A DNA stretch of 64,000 nucleotides from Octopus bimaculoides. Lineage: Eukaryota. Of the stretch, positions 38,560 through 52,591 are shown piece by piece. Each line of letters begins with the position of its first letter. Position 1 is the stretch's first letter. The notes under the pieces are model-generated. The model was given only the letters and a program-made list of their open reading frames with translations. It made no database searches and was not told the origin of the DNA. Made by a program: the position numbers and the translations under genes. The stretch spans positions 55,340,037 through 55,404,036 of the forward strand of contig NC_068992.1 of assembly GCF_001194135.2 (NCBI RefSeq), written 5' to 3'.

Positions 38560-38780
38560 TCTCAGGCGGTGAGATAACAGAATCGTTAGCAGGCCGGGTG
38601 ATTCGCTAAGCGGCATTTCGACCATCTTTACTTTCAGAGTTTAAATTCCGCCGAGGTATACTATGCCTCTCATCCATTTGGAGTCGATGAAATAAATGCT
38701 AGTTGGGTACTGGGGGTGATGAAATCGACTTACCCTCTCACCTGAAATTGCTAGCCTTGTGTCAAAATGTAAAATCAGTA
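38560..38780 (+). mobile_element. SINE family S1
   Basis: GGCGGTGAGATAACAGAATCGTTAGCAGGCCGGG...TGCTAGCCTTGTGTCAAAAT. Confidence 0.8.
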
Positions 38781-39194
38781 AATTCACTGAATACTGTCTA
38801 CTTATTTATTCACTATTGTTCAGACCTTTATTCTTAACATGCAAGCAAAGAACCACACAGAAAATATATATATGTTCAAGAGAAGAGGAATAGATTCCAA
38901 GACGATTGCTTTATTTTCTTCTAATGAAATCAAGTAGAAATTTAATCAATTAATATCATACTTAATGGAATTAACAACAATATTCAACACGCAATGAGAA
39001 ATGGTGTATAGTAGTATTAATGAAAATCGACAAGCAAACAGACATAAATTATATAACAAACCTATATATACGAAGCAATATTTATCTTTTGCCTCTGTCA
39101 CTCAACGAAAACTACAAGCATTGCTTATGATTCAGCCAAAAGGATAGGCAAATCTACATACGAGAGAAATAACCACCCCCATAACCAGCAACAC

Positions 39195-39225
<31 letters not shown>

Positions 39226-39647
39226 TTCATTAACAATATCAACCTTGTCTTTCCCTCTTTCGGGCTCGATAAAATAAGTACAAACTTGAACACTGGGGTC
39301 GATGTAATTGACTTACGTCCTTCCCCCGGAATTGATGGCCTCGTACCAAAATTTGAAACATTTTTGTTGTTGTTGTTGCTGCTCTGCTGCTGCTTTTGCT
39401 GATGCTGCTGTTGCAGTTGATAGGGCGATGATCTGCCGGAATCGTTAGAACGCAGGGCAAAATGCTTCGCAGTATTTTATCCGTCTTCATTTCCCGGGTT
39501 CAAAGTCAGCCGATGTCGACTTGCAGGATAAATATCCTTAAGGGGTAGATAAAATTAGTACCAGTCAAGCACTGGATTCGAGGTTCGTTGTAATCGACTT
39601 AACCCCTCCTCCGAACTTGCTGGCCTTGTGTCAAAATTTCAAAGTAC

Positions 39648-39689
<42 letters not shown>

Positions 39690-39718
39690 CATTATTATTA
39701 TTATTATTATTATTAAAA

Positions 39719-39957
39719 GAAGAGTGCCATTTGTTATCTTGGGAACAATATTTCGACATCTCGCGTGTCTTCCACTGGTTCGAAAAATAAATTTGTCAAT
39801 CTACTTCATTGTGGTTAATATAGAAAGGATTGAGGTATTTTTCGAACCAGTGGAAGACACGCGAGATGTCGAAATATTGTTCCCAAGATAACAAATGGCA
39901 CTCTTCATTTAATTTTGACTCTATATCGGAGGAGTTACCTCAATCCTTTCTATATTA
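39719..39957. mobile_element. Interleaved inverted-repeat element between two (ATT)n tracts, probably PLE-derived
   Basis: Perfect 71-bp inverted repeat 39719-39789 / 39836-39906 and perfect 22-bp inverted repeat 39816-39837 / 39936-39957. Confidence 0.8.
39844..39882 (+). ncRNA. Hammerhead-like fold with non-canonical core CAGUGGA (identical copy on the minus strand at 39781-39743)
   Basis: GAAC-CAGTGGA-A-GACA-CGCGAGA-TGTC-GAAA-TA-TT-GTTC: helix I GAAC/GTTC, helix II GACA/TGTC, palindromic AATATT helix III. The core differs from CUGANGA at U4 and A6. Confidence 0.55.
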
Positions 39958-39999
39958 TTATTATTATTATTATTATTATCATCATTATTATTATTATTA

Positions 40000-40470
40000 T
40001 TGAGTGAGAGAGCAGTGCATGCCACCAAAATGACACTGGTGTACAAATGGGTACCCATCATGATTACTCGTCCGATGAGGGTAAACTAGGTACATCCATC
40101 ACAATATGCACGACATGGTGAGCTCATATCAAGATAAACAGCGCATGATCTTGCAGGTGAGGCCCAGTTAGAATTTTCATCGGGTTCAGTTGCCCGTCCC
40201 ACTGAAAAGGTTCCTGATTGAGGTTTGTTTAAAGATGTTAAACGAAACACCCATGTTTCCAAGGGTGAATTATTCAAACCCCAAAGGATTCCTCTCAACA
40301 CATGACTATGATTCCCCACCCCCACTACTTCTGCGTGTGATCTGAGATACACATATCGTCTGCGACTAAGGGACATGCTCGACTGGTTATGGTCAAGCAA
40401 CTGACAAGAAAATCTGTGGTATTGAGTAGAGTATTTGCTGTAGCTCATCTTTTATACCAAGACAAAACAT
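40000..40470. repeat. Unclassified interspersed repeat (partial second copy at ~42150-42290)
   Basis: Shared block TTGCAGGTGRGGCCCAGTTAGAATTT...AAAAGGT...TTTAAAGATGTT at both sites. Confidence 0.7.
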
Positions 40471-40535
40471 GAACTCAGTTAAGATTATTATTATTATTAT
40501 TATTATTATGATTATTATTATTATTATTATTATTA

Positions 40536-40634
<99 letters not shown>

Positions 40635-41839
40635 TCCGAGAGTTTCAGCTGTTTCTGATCGAACTGTAATTATACCTCAACTATTTATTAAAAAACAGTT
40701 TTCCACTCTTTCATTCAAGAATATTGATAAATTGATAAATATTGTCTGATTATTTCGGAATCCATCCTAATTCCTTCAGGTAGAAAATAGCTTTCTTTGT
40801 ATCGTTTTATTTACATGTATACATCTTTGCCTTGAGCCATTCACAATATTTATTCTTATTTCAAGATGGCAGCTTCAAATGAGATATCGTAGGAAATTGT
40901 GTTCAGCACGGTGTTGGTAGCAATAGCCTCAGTTAATGTAAACAAACACGCCACTCAATTATTTTCAAACATGAAAACATACTTAAAATAAACAGACAAT
41001 GTAAAAATTAAACAGACAGTTAGCTTCAAGCATAAATACCCATAGTTTCATGACGGAAAATACAAAATGGAATAATGTTCAAAACATTACTTTCAGTGGA
41101 AAATGAAAAAAAGTCCATACTGTATAATTTTAAAAGTAAGCAAGCCATATCAATATCATTGTTTGTTCCGTAGCTGTGAATAAAATAACCGATGAAGGCA
41201 GAGATTATTCAACTGAACTGTTACAAAAAGAAATTTATAGTACACTGGCAAAAAAATATCAAAATTGTGATTGATCATCTAAATGCAAAAGGTGGCAGGA
41301 CTATCGAAATTACAGAACATATATGGCAATACATTGTGGTTACAAATGCTAATGAAGGTGTCGTTAGAATGATAAACTTCTGTACACCAAACGATAAATA
41401 AAATGATATTAAAGTGAAACGTTTTTTTTTTTTACTGTCTCATAAAACAATGATGCATTCCAAATTAATCAGGCATATTTGTCAATAGTGTAGAATGCGA
41501 GGATGGAAATGAGAAAACTTGTTTTATTAATTAAATAATTGATACCATCGTGATAATAAAACATTTTCTTAGAACTCTTGGATTATTCTCTATTTATATT
41601 TAATCAAGTGAAGATTTTCCGAAATATTACCATAAAACAAACTATACAGGCTGATATATCATCTTTCCTATGTCTTCATATATTTGTATTACTTTACATA
41701 TTTTGCCTAAATTTTCATTTGCATTGTTTAAAGCCTTTTTTTGTAATGTTTATATTCGATTTATAATGAATTTATATCAGAAAGGCCCACTTTATTGGAA
41801 ATTAATGCCTAAAACAATAATAATAATAATTCTTTCTAC

Positions 41840-42045
41840 AATAAGCACAAAGCCTGAAATCTTGTTGTTGGAGACTCGTCGATTACATTGACTCCAGGGC
41901 TCAACATGTTCTTATTTTATCGACCCGGAAAGAATAGAAGGCGAAGCTCGTCTCGGCGGAATTTGAACTCAGAACGTATAGACGGACGCAATGCTGCTAA
42001 GCATTTTGCCCGATGTGCAAAGGATTCTGCCAGCCCGCTGCTTTA
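41840..42045 (-). mobile_element. SINE family S1
   Basis: AAGCACAAAGCCTGAAATC...GTCGATTACATTGAC...CTCGGCGGAATTTGAACTCAGAACGTA...GATTCTGCCAGCCCGC. Confidence 0.85.
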
Positions 42046-42065
42046 ATAATAATTATGATAATAAT

Positions 42066-42147
<82 letters not shown>

Positions 42148-42299
42148 GTAATAATATGCATCATAACCATATGTGCGCGACATAGTCATCTCATAACCTT
42201 GCAGGTGGGGCCCAGTTAGAATTTCTTCAGATCGAGTAGACCATCCGCTAAAAAGGTCCTTGAATAAGGATTATTTAAAGATGTTTGTAACTGAATGAG

Positions 42300-42960
42300 G
42301 AAATGAAATTGTATTGCTTGAAGCTTTTGATAATGTTGAAGACTCCAATAGTGTTTGGAAGAACGCAAAGAAAATATACGCCAATCTCACCAAGGATATT
42401 CTGAACAGAAGAAAGTTAATAAATGGAAATAGATTTCGGGGATCGAAATTTTGGAAAGTTATTGGGGAGCAAAAGTAAGATGCCCAGATTCTTAGAAGCT
42501 AGAGAAGGTTTAAAATGGACCTTAAAGTAAAAATAATCTCAAGAAAGGGTTGAAAACCTGTTTAAAGAAGAATAAAAAAAAAGTTTTCTGAAGTGAAAGC
42601 TGGTAATGTAGATAAATTTAGTTGATGCAGATTACACAATGAATGAGACAGAAAATCTTATGAGATATTTTATTGAGATTAAAAGCAAGGAAACTAATAT
42701 CTTCTATAAGCATCTAAAGAGTATTTTATTACAGCCATGAAATGGATATTTAATGAGAGAAATGCTCTAAACTACAAGAGGAACTGGAAGTAAATGTACA
42801 TGAAATACCTCTTGACGAAGTAACTAGAAGCAGTGAGCAATTAAAGAATGGATAGACTCCTAGATTAGATAGAACCTTCATGAAAAGAGGTAGGCCTTTA
42901 TAGAAACTGAATATAATGAGATATCTAACAAGACAAATCAAGAAATATGAATGCTTATTA
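42300..42960 (+). mobile_element. Decayed LINE, endonuclease-RT linker region
   Basis: EELEVNVHEIPLDEVTRSSEQLKNG*TPRLD resembles the IT.EEV..A...LKNGKSPG.D motif preceding LINE RT domains. Confidence 0.55.
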
Positions 42961-45289
42961 ATCTATGATAATTGAATAGACTGGTAATATATATGTATGC
43001 AAAAATAAAATTGAATACAACACTAGTAAAAAATATGTTAATGAGACTTCACAGATAACCAAAATAAAAGGGTTTTTTTTCTATTTATTTTAGAGAAAAG
43101 ATTGTTTTTACATTTTCCTATCATCGAAGAAAATTTTCCTTTAAGAGTCCATGCTGTGTCCCCAAAAAGTAAAACCGAAAATGTACGCAGAAAAGAATTA
43201 CAGCGCTAGTTTACCTAAAACTAACTAAGAAAAAACACAATCATTTGAACTCAACCAAATAGACGATTTATCATCAACAATATTAACAATAAAAGCAACA
43301 TTAATATACGTGTACATATCGTTTCGAGGGCAGACACTAGCAACTAAAAGACAGACATTTGTTAATACTTTGTCTAAAGGAAAACTCTTGACATGAAGCA
43401 CTTTCCAAAGAGATCGAACAGTTGGAGCTATTTTGTGCATCGAACTGGGGCTAGCTTTTTTAGAAATAATTGCAGAGACCTGTGAGATCACGATTCTCTG
43501 TAATTTGTTCAGGGGAGCTAGAGACAATGACGTATCTCTGTTTCTTTTAAGAAACAATCAGATTTCTTATCCAATGTAAACATGAATTATATACATCTCT
43601 GGAAGATATTCCATGTTAAACATCCTTCTTTTGTAAAAGGAGGACATATGGCACGACACAGACCCAAATACGCTGTACACCTGCCCATGAGGAGAAATAC
43701 AAGTGTAAAGTATATGGAAGACAGCTCCTTAATAATTATCTTCGTGGCATAATACGAGCAGTGATAAGCAAACTTGGTGATATGCGGCCGAATGGTGTAG
43801 CCCTGGACATACAAGTTATCCATAGACATGGTCATACTGAGACATGAACATACAAGACCACTAAATAATACCTAAACTATGTCCTGTAGAGGGTGCTACG
43901 CAGAAGTCATTAAAGTTCAGTATTCAAGGAAGATAACCCAGCAGTTACATATGTGCAGCAATGACCCATTTGAAAGCTTTCTGTATCACAGATGCGAAAG
44001 TTTGGAAACAGCTATGGACGTTTCCCCTCCCTGTCTTCAGCATAAATCATAAATCAGAACACTTGTTTTATTTATTTATTATCTCGTTTACATTCTATCT
44101 AGTGTCAGTGGCAGTATTCAGAACATGAGAAAATAACAATGATATCCTGATCTACATAAATAAAAACAAGAAATCAAACGAGACAACATGGTAAGCTAAC
44201 ATTTTTATGTGGTATAGTAGGCTCATTTCAGCGAATAAAGTGAAATGTGATAAAAACATTACGCATTTGCGGCTGGTAACACAAATGCTCAGATTATAAG
44301 CCAGCCGTGTTATAAACTGTAATACATCAATTTTTCATATGATGCTATTTAGGGTAACAATCACCGTATTATTCTTATTACTGCATGCTATAGAAAAAGG
44401 GAGACACTTAATCATTACTGCGGGAATAATTCAAGCAGTTTGCATGCAAATGGCGGAACATAGAACGTGTAAAAATTTTCAAGCTTAAACTAAATTTATT
44501 TGAAGCATGAAAATGATGTAAAGCGACCGTAACAGCAAACCTACTCCCACAGCAACCCAAGTATTATATATCACACTACACTATATTTCAGAACTCTACT
44601 ACCCTATGGTGTTACACTAGATTGCATTACATTTCAAACACACTACATTAAGTAATACAGAAGGAGTAGCGATGTGTTTGATCGACCTGCAAGGAATGAC
44701 AGCTAAAATTCCCTCAAATAATTCACTTACCTCTTATAATGAAAGCAACGGACACATTAATGTAGAGAGATATAACTCTAAAAGCATAAAACATTATCAG
44801 AGCTTGAACGCTTTCCACTATATGCCAACTTAATCTCGGTTGTTCATGGTCCATACAACAAAACAACCTTATTTCTTAGTGAGTCCCATAAAAACTATAG
44901 AATTTCAGGATCGAATCTTCGTTCCATCAACTTCATGCATTATCTTTAGTTAATACCTCTGGTAAATGCATCAACACTACAGTTCCCTCCTTTTTTATCC
45001 GGCAAAAACTTGTTCCGTTGCTATTCTATGAAAATCATTCAACCGGTAACACAGGGTTGACCAAAGCATGTACAGATGGGACATAAAGCTGTAAACTACC
45101 ACCGTGTCAATAACCAATACAAATAATGTATACCACAACCGTGTCTGTACCTGATATATATTGCTGTATCTTACCGCTGTGTCTTTAGCCGATACGTAAT
45201 GTTGTACTACAACCGTCTCTATAGCCGATATAATAAAAGAACAAAACTACCTCCAGGTTATACAAACTTACCGCTGTAAGTACGAGAAC

Positions 45290-46205
45290 AGTATTCTTTT
45301 ACTTGTTTCTGTAAGTCCACTGCAGCCATGCTGGAGCACCGCCTTCATTTTGTTCTCTTAATTAGCTTTGCTGAGATTAGTTTTTGATAATGACACACTT
45401 ATCGGTAGAAGAGAGCACCCAGAGTGATTAATTGTTCCACCAATTCATGCTGTAATGATATCTTAACTTTACATTGTTTTAATCATCTAACTGCGGCCAT
45501 GCTGGAATGCCGTCTTTAGCGGCTGACCTCAGTACTTATTTGTAAACCCTGGTACCGATTTTCTGGGTCTCTTTTTGCCTAACTGTTAAGTTACTGGGAT
45601 ATAAACAAGCCCACAGAGACACAACCCGGAACCATGTGGTTGGGAAGCAAGGTTCGTACCACACAGCCGCGCCTATATATAAAACAAAAAATAAACAATT
45701 TAGCAAAGAGTGGACAATTTTATTAAATTAATTATATAACATAGAAATAAGAGCTCTCAAATTCGTCAATGAAAATCCGAAAAGCTTTGACTTGGTATAA
45801 AAATGTGAATGTGTGTGTGCGTGTCGTTGTGTCTGCGTTTGAACCTCGCCACTGTTGATAACAAGCATTGGTGCGTTTAGTTCCCGTAATCTAGCAGTCC
45901 AGCCAGAGAGACCGATAGAATAAGTTCCAGGTTTAAGATAAATAAAGTACCGAGGTCAATTCGTTCGTGTAAAATTATTCAAAGTGGTGCCACAGCATGG
46001 CCGCAGTTTAATGACTGAAACAAGTAAAAAAACAACAAACAAACAAACGACGAGCTTCTTTTGGTTTCCATCTGCAATTTCACTAACAAGGTTTTCGTTG
46101 GGCCCGGAGTTAAAGTAGAAAAGACTTGGTGAAGGTGACGGGCGGTGGGAGCGAACCCGGCACCATACGGTTAAGAAGGAAGCTTCTTACCGTACAACCA
46201 AGCCT
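45290..46205. mobile_element. Cluster of S2 SINE pieces in both orientations
   Basis: CAGCCATGCTGGAGCACCGCC, CTGCGGCCATGCTGG, AACCCGGAACCATGTGGTTGGGAAGCAAG, and GAGAGACCGATAGAATAAG...CAGCATGGCCGCAG. Confidence 0.75.
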
Positions 46206-46339
46206 ATAGTAGAAAAATCTATGAATGGATGGATTTCACGAGATTTATAACTGAATAAACAGCAGCAAGCGGCGATGAAATCCTGGGATCCGCGCGGTTG
46301 TATAGAATGAACATAGGCCGAACCAATGTTTTGGCATGT

Positions 46340-46990
46340 GCATTGCGCGCGCGCGCATGGTGTGTGTTTAGGCGCGCGTGCGTGTGTAAGCGAGTGTGTG
46401 CATGTATGTTAGTGTGTGCGCGTGTGTTCGTGTGCGCCTGTGTGCGGCTGAGAGAGTAAGTCCGTGCATGTGTATAAGTACGTGTGCTGTGTTCGTGTGT
46501 GTGTGTGTGTGTCTGTGTGCATGTGAGTGCGTGCATGTGTGTTTGTGTGCGTTCATGTATGTGTGTGTGTGCGTGTGTGTGTGTGTGTCAGTGCGTGTAA
46601 GGGCGTGTGAGTGTGCGTAAGTGTGTGTGTGCTTGTGTTCGTGTGTGACTGCATGTGTTTGTTCGTGTGTGTGTGTGTGTGGAGGGGGGTACGTGCATGT
46701 GTGTGTGAGTGCGTGAATGTGTGTGCTTGTGTTCATGTGTGTGTGTGTGTGTATCCGTGCATGCGTATGAGTGTGTGTGCTTGCATTTGCGTGTGTGTAT
46801 GTGTGTGTGACTGCGTGTGTGTGTGTGTGCGTGTGAGTGTGTGCGTGTGAGTGTGTGCATGTGAGTGTGAGTGCTTGTATTCATGTTTGTGTGTGCGTAC
46901 GTGTGTGTACGTGTGTGTGTACATGAGAGAGAGAGAGAGAGAAAGAGAGAGAAAGAGTGTTTTGCCTGTTTGTGTCTGTATACTTGTGTA

Positions 46991-47025
<35 letters not shown>

Positions 47026-47460
47026 GAGCATATATGAGAGGGAGAGAGAGGAGGGCTCGAGAGAAACTGTGTTTGTGAGTATGTGTATAAGAGAAACTGT
47101 GTGTGAGTGTGCGTGCGTTACGCCTGTTTGTGTTTATGTGCGTTTATCTATTTTGTGTGTGCGCGTATTAGTGAGTATGGATGTGGGAGACAGAAAAGGA
47201 GTGAGAGACAGAGAGAGAAAGAGAGTGAGACAGAGAGACAGAGAGAGAGAGAGAGAGAGATAGACAGAGAATGAGAAAGTGGAAGGGATAAACTGTTTGA
47301 GTGTGTCTATGATAGAGGGAGAAAGAGAAAGGGTGAGAGAGACAAACTGCGCGCGTGTGTGTGTGTGTGTGTGTGTTTTACCTTTCTGTGTCTATGTACA
47401 CTTCTGTACTTGTGATGCTTGTGCACGCTCGGGTGTGTGTGTATGTGAATGTGTATATAT
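46340..47460. repeat. ~1.1-kb imperfect (GT)n then (GA)n tract
   Basis: Directly visible. Confidence 0.95.
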
Positions 47461-48770
47461 AGGTNNNNNNNNNNNNNNNNNNNNNNNNNNNNNNNNNNNN
47501 NNNNNNNNNNNNNNNNNNNNNNNNNNNNNNNNNNNNNNNNNNNNNNNNNNNNNNNNNNNNNNNNNNNNNNNNNNNNNNNNNNNNNNNNNNNNNNNNNNNN
47601 NNNNNNNNNNNNNNNNNNNNNNNNNNNNNNNNNNNNNNNNNNNNNNNNNNNNNNNNNNNNNNNNNNNNNNNNNNNNNNNNNNNNNNNNNNNNNNNNNNNN
47701 NNNNNNNNNNNNNNNNNNNNNNNNNNNNNNNNNNNNNNNNNNNNNNNNNNNNNNNNNNNNNNNNNNNNNNNNNNNNNNNNNNNNNNNNNNNNNNNNNNNN
47801 NNNNNNNNNNNNNNNNNNNNNNNNNNNNNNNNNNNNNNNNNNNNNNNNNNNNNNNNNNNNNNNNNNNNNNNNNNNNNNNTTTTTTTTTGTCTTATTGTTA
47901 TATATGCTTCCAATTTGTTGTTGTTTGATTTTATTGATAATTAACTTTTTTTTTATGAATCACGTTCGCTTAATTTCGATTTCTTTACGTAAACATGAAC
48001 TCGCCGAGCAAATATAACGTATTTGACTTCAGACCAACAAAATCTTACAGCAGCTGTAGTAGTTACAGTGTTTCTTTGTACTAGTTCACTTAATCGGACA
48101 TCATGGAAGTGGAGATGTCCCACACGAAAGGAAAAAGGAAGAAAAAAAGAAATTCGAAATATAAAAAAATATAAGTTTCACCAGTTGTTTGGAGGATCGA
48201 TGTTCACATACAAGAATAAATAAGAAAAGACATTATTAATCTCTCTGTCGGTTTATCGGTCTCTCTCTCTCTCTCTCTCTNNNNNNNNNNNNNNNNNNNN
48301 NNNNNNNNNNNNNNNNNNNNNNNNNNNNNNNNNNNNNNNNNNNNNNNNNNNNNNNNNNNNNNNNNNNNNNNNNNNNNNNNNNNNNNNNNNNNNNNNNNNN
48401 NNNNNNNNNNNNNNNNNNNNNNNNNNNNNNNNNNNNNNNNNNNNNNNNNNNNNNNNNNNNNNNNNNNNNNNNNNNNNNNNNNNNNNNNNNNNNNNNNNNN
48501 NNNNNNNNNNNNNNNNNNNNNNNNNNNNNNNNNNNNNNNNNNNNNNNNNNNNNNNNNNNNNNNNNNNNNNNNNNNNNNNNNNNNNNNNNNNNNNNNNNNN
48601 NNNNNNNNNNNNNNNNNNNNNNNNNNNNNNNNNNNNNNNNNNNNNNNNNNNNNNNNNNNNNNNNNNNNNNNNNNNNNNNNNNNNNNNNNNNNNNNNNNNN
48701 NNNNNNNNNNNNNNNNNNNNNNNNNNNNNNNNNNNNNNNNNNNNNNNNNNNNNNNNNNNNNNNNNNNNNN

Positions 48771-48807
<37 letters not shown>

Positions 48808-50800
48808 AATACATACATTTATGCATACCTATATATATATACACACATATATATATATATATATATACATGTATATACATATATGCATATATATTGTGTA
48901 AGATATAAGTTAGAGGTAATGTAACAATCTAAGGCATAGATGTATCCATAAGCACTCCTGGTATTACCTCAGTGTGTATGGTCTTTGTTATAAGGTATAC
49001 GGTAGTAGGTAATTTAAAAGGTAAAACCGTGGTTTAATACATATAAAGACGATAAGAAAATGGAGCAATAAATAACAGTGAGAAATGAATCGGTGGTGTT
49101 ATAAAGTCAATTATTTAATTAAGATTGCTTCAGAACACCAACGATTCACCTCTCAATGCNNNNNNNNNNNNNNNNNNNNNNNNNNNNNNNNNNNNNNNNN
49201 NNNNNNNNNNNNNNNNNNNNNNNNNNNNNNNNNNNNNNNNNNNNNNNNNNNNNNNNNNNNNNNNNNNNNNNNNNNNNNNNNNNNNNNNNNNNNNNNNNNN
49301 NNNNNNNNNNNNNNNNNNNNNNNNNNNNNNNNNNNNNNNNNNNNNNNNNNNNNNNNNNNNNNNNNNNNNNNNNNNNNNNNNNNNNNNNNNNNNNNNNNNN
49401 NNNNNNNNNNNNNNNNNNNNNNNNNNNNNNNNNNNNNNNNNNNNNNNNNNNNNNNNNNNNNNNNNNNNNNNNNNNNNNNNNNNNNNNNNNNNNNNNNNNN
49501 NNNNNNNNNNNNNNNNNNNNNNNNNNNNNNNNNNNNNNNNNNNNNNNNNNNNNNNNNNNNNNNNNNNNNNNNNNNNNNNNNNNNNNNNNNNNNNNNNNNN
49601 NNNNNNNNNNNNNNNNNNNNNNNNNNNNNNNNNNNNNNNNNNNNNNNNNNNNNNNNNNNNNNNNNNNNNNNNNNNNNNNNNNNNNNNNNNNNNNNNNNNN
49701 NNNNNNNNNNNNNNNNNNNNNNNNNNNNNNNNNNNNNNNNNNNNNNNNNNNNNNNNNNNNNNNNNNNNNNNNNNNNNNNNNNNNNNNNNNNNNNNNNNNN
49801 NNNNNNNNNNNNNNNNNNNNNNNNNNNNNNNNNNNNNNNNNNNNNNNNNNNNNNNNNNNNNNNNNNNNNNNNNNNNNNNNNNNNNNNNNNNNNNNNNNNN
49901 NNNNNNNNNNNNNNNNNNNNNNNNNNNNNNNNNNNNNNNNNNNNNNNNNNNNNNNNNNNNNNNNNNNNNNNNNNNNNNNNNNNNNNNNCTCCGACATATA
50001 TATCGAAAGATACATACATACATACTGACATACATGGAAATATATATTATGTAAGGTCCAGTCACCATCAGCTACAAATCTTATACGAAGAGTTCATTAA
50101 ACATGAAAGAAACACTCCAGGTTGCGTAATTACTAATTTAAACAGCAAGCAATACCGTGTGAGTGACGTGTATTGTTACTAATTGGGGATAGTGTTCAAA
50201 TCTTGGGTGGAGTAGGTGGCAGAGGTCGGGCCGATGAGTTCTTGTGATTAAAAAACAAGGATTAATCTATACACATACATCACTAAATCTTTACCCCTGT
50301 TTACGGAGGTGGAGACACCCCAGCTTACATGTTGCTGTGTTAAGTGTCCCTAATATAGCAGTAAAACAACAGAATATGATAGAATAAGGTCAAGGCTGAA
50401 AAGAAAACAGGTGCTGGGGCAGATTAATTTGATTAAAAGTTCTACAAGGTGGTGCCCCAGTATGGCCGCAGTCTAATAACTATAAACAAGTAAAAGATAA
50501 AAGAAAAATGTGTGTGCGTATGTGTTTTGCACCATTTCTGTGTACAGGCTGTGCACGTGTGCCGTGTGTGTGAGTGCATGTGTGTGCATGTGTGTGTGTG
50601 TGTGTGCATGTGTGTGTGTATGTGTGTGTGTGTGTGTGTGTGCTTGTACGCAAGTTCCTCTGTCTGCACGTGTACGTGTTTCTAGATATATACACACGTA
50701 TTTGATTTGATTGGGTTCAAAAGTTATATTAACACATATATAAATGGAGACGGACAGGAATATAATGATCACAACTGCATGCGTGTAAGAATTACACACA

Positions 50801-50842
<42 letters not shown>

Positions 50843-50930
50843 AACGCACTCGGGCGCACACACTTACGTACACACTTACACACACACATGTGTGTGTTTG
50901 TGTTTCTGCACACCTGAGATAGATAGATAA

Positions 50931-50963
<33 letters not shown>

Positions 50964-51406
50964 AATTTTATACACACAACAATACATCTAGGTGGTTAAC
51001 TGTATATTTTAATGTGTGAGGGGTTATATGTGTGTGTATANNNNNNNNNNNNNNNNNNNNNNNNNNNNNNNNNNNNNNNNNNNNNNNNNNNNNNNNNNNN
51101 NNNNNNNNNNNNNNNNNNNNNNNNNNNNNNNNNNNNNNNNNNNNNNNNNNNNNNNNNNNNNNNNNNNNNNNNNNNNNNNNNNNNNNNNNNNNNNNNNNNN
51201 NNNNNNNNNNNNNNNNNNNNNNNNNNNNNNNNNNNNNNNNNNNNNNNNNNNNNNNNNNNNNNNNNNNNNNNNNNNNNNNNNNNNNNNNNNNNNNNNNNNN
51301 NNNNNNNNNNNNNNNNNNNNNNNNNNNNNNNNNNNNNNNNNNNNNNNNNNNNNNNNNNNNNNNNNNNNNNNNNNNNNNNNNNNNNNNNNNNNNNNNNNNN
51401 NNNNNN

Positions 51407-51459
<53 letters not shown>

Positions 51460-51767
51460 GTATGTATTTATGTGTATGTATGCGTTTGTACGTGCATATT
51501 AATACACGCATACATCTGTGTGTATGTATATATATATATATGCATGTGTGTTATGTATATATATATGTATGTATGTATGCATGTATTAATATGCACGCAC
51601 TGAGACAGACACACGCACACACATACACATATATAGAGAGAGAAAGAAAGGGAGAGAGAGAAACAGAAAGAAGGAGAGAGTGCACGATATAGATCTAGAT
51701 ATACACATACTTGTATCACATATTACACACACACACACACACACAACACACATGTATACATATATAC

Positions 51768-51828
<61 letters not shown>

Positions 51829-52220
51829 CGAGTGTGTGTGCATACATACATACACAGTGGAACAAGCTAATTGGGGAAAAGTGACAAAAAGTTTCATTAA
51901 ACAAACATGAAAACGCATCAATTCAAAACACAATCATCACCATCATCATCATCATCAACCTTGTTAATATCATTAGTACCAGTCTTCCCCTGCCTCACTC
52001 ACTGTTTTTCCCCCCAGAAACAACTATAACAACAACAAAAACATCACAAATATTAAAACTGTTCACTATAAACGTTATCGCTTCACTCATCGTCATTACT
52101 CTCATCAGCATCCCCTTCATCATTATCATCATCGTTTTCCTTATCACCCCCCTTCATTATAATCGTAATCATTAACAACAACAGCAACAACAACAACAAC
52201 GGTAGCGAGTATGTACTTAC

Positions 52221-52591
52221 CTTTCCACGCAGACGGCTACCAACGTCATTACCGATGCGTATAGAGATACGACCAGGAGGTATCTTATGGCTTTGCACAA
52301 GGCCAGGCTCAAGAGCCACCCTCTATTGAGGACGAACTGCACCAAGTCAGGTATTCCAACCAGAAGCAAGATTAGATCTGCCACCGCCAGGTTCATAATA
52401 AACATATTAGTGACGGAAGTCCTCATTTTCCGGTCCGAGACCACGACGAATATCACGAGCCCATTGCCCACAATGCCGACCATTTCAATGAAAAAGAAAA
52501 ATCCCGATAGGAAAATGACAGTCTGTTGCGAAGATGGTCCGACAGGAGTTTCGTTGAAGAACAGAGGAGTAGCGCTTGTGTTGTTCTCCAT
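52221..52591 (-). CDS. First coding exon (TM1-TM3) of a class A (rhodopsin-like) GPCR, neuropeptide-receptor type
   Basis: Translation MENNTSATPLFFNET...GIVGNGLVIFVV...TNMFIMNLAVADL...LCK...VAVCVER shows N-terminal N-x-S/T sequons, TM1 GNxxV, TM2 NLAxAD, the TM3 Cys and ER of E/DRY. An in-frame TAA lies 4 codons upstream of the ATG at 52591. The exon ends GAA AG|GTAAGT (donor 52220-52215, phase 2). The ligand subfamily cannot be assigned without a search. Confidence 0.93.

Noticed and set aside
43587-43850. Open frames on both strands with Cys/His content
   Set aside because: No recognisable family; possibly transposon debris, and cannot be called without a search.
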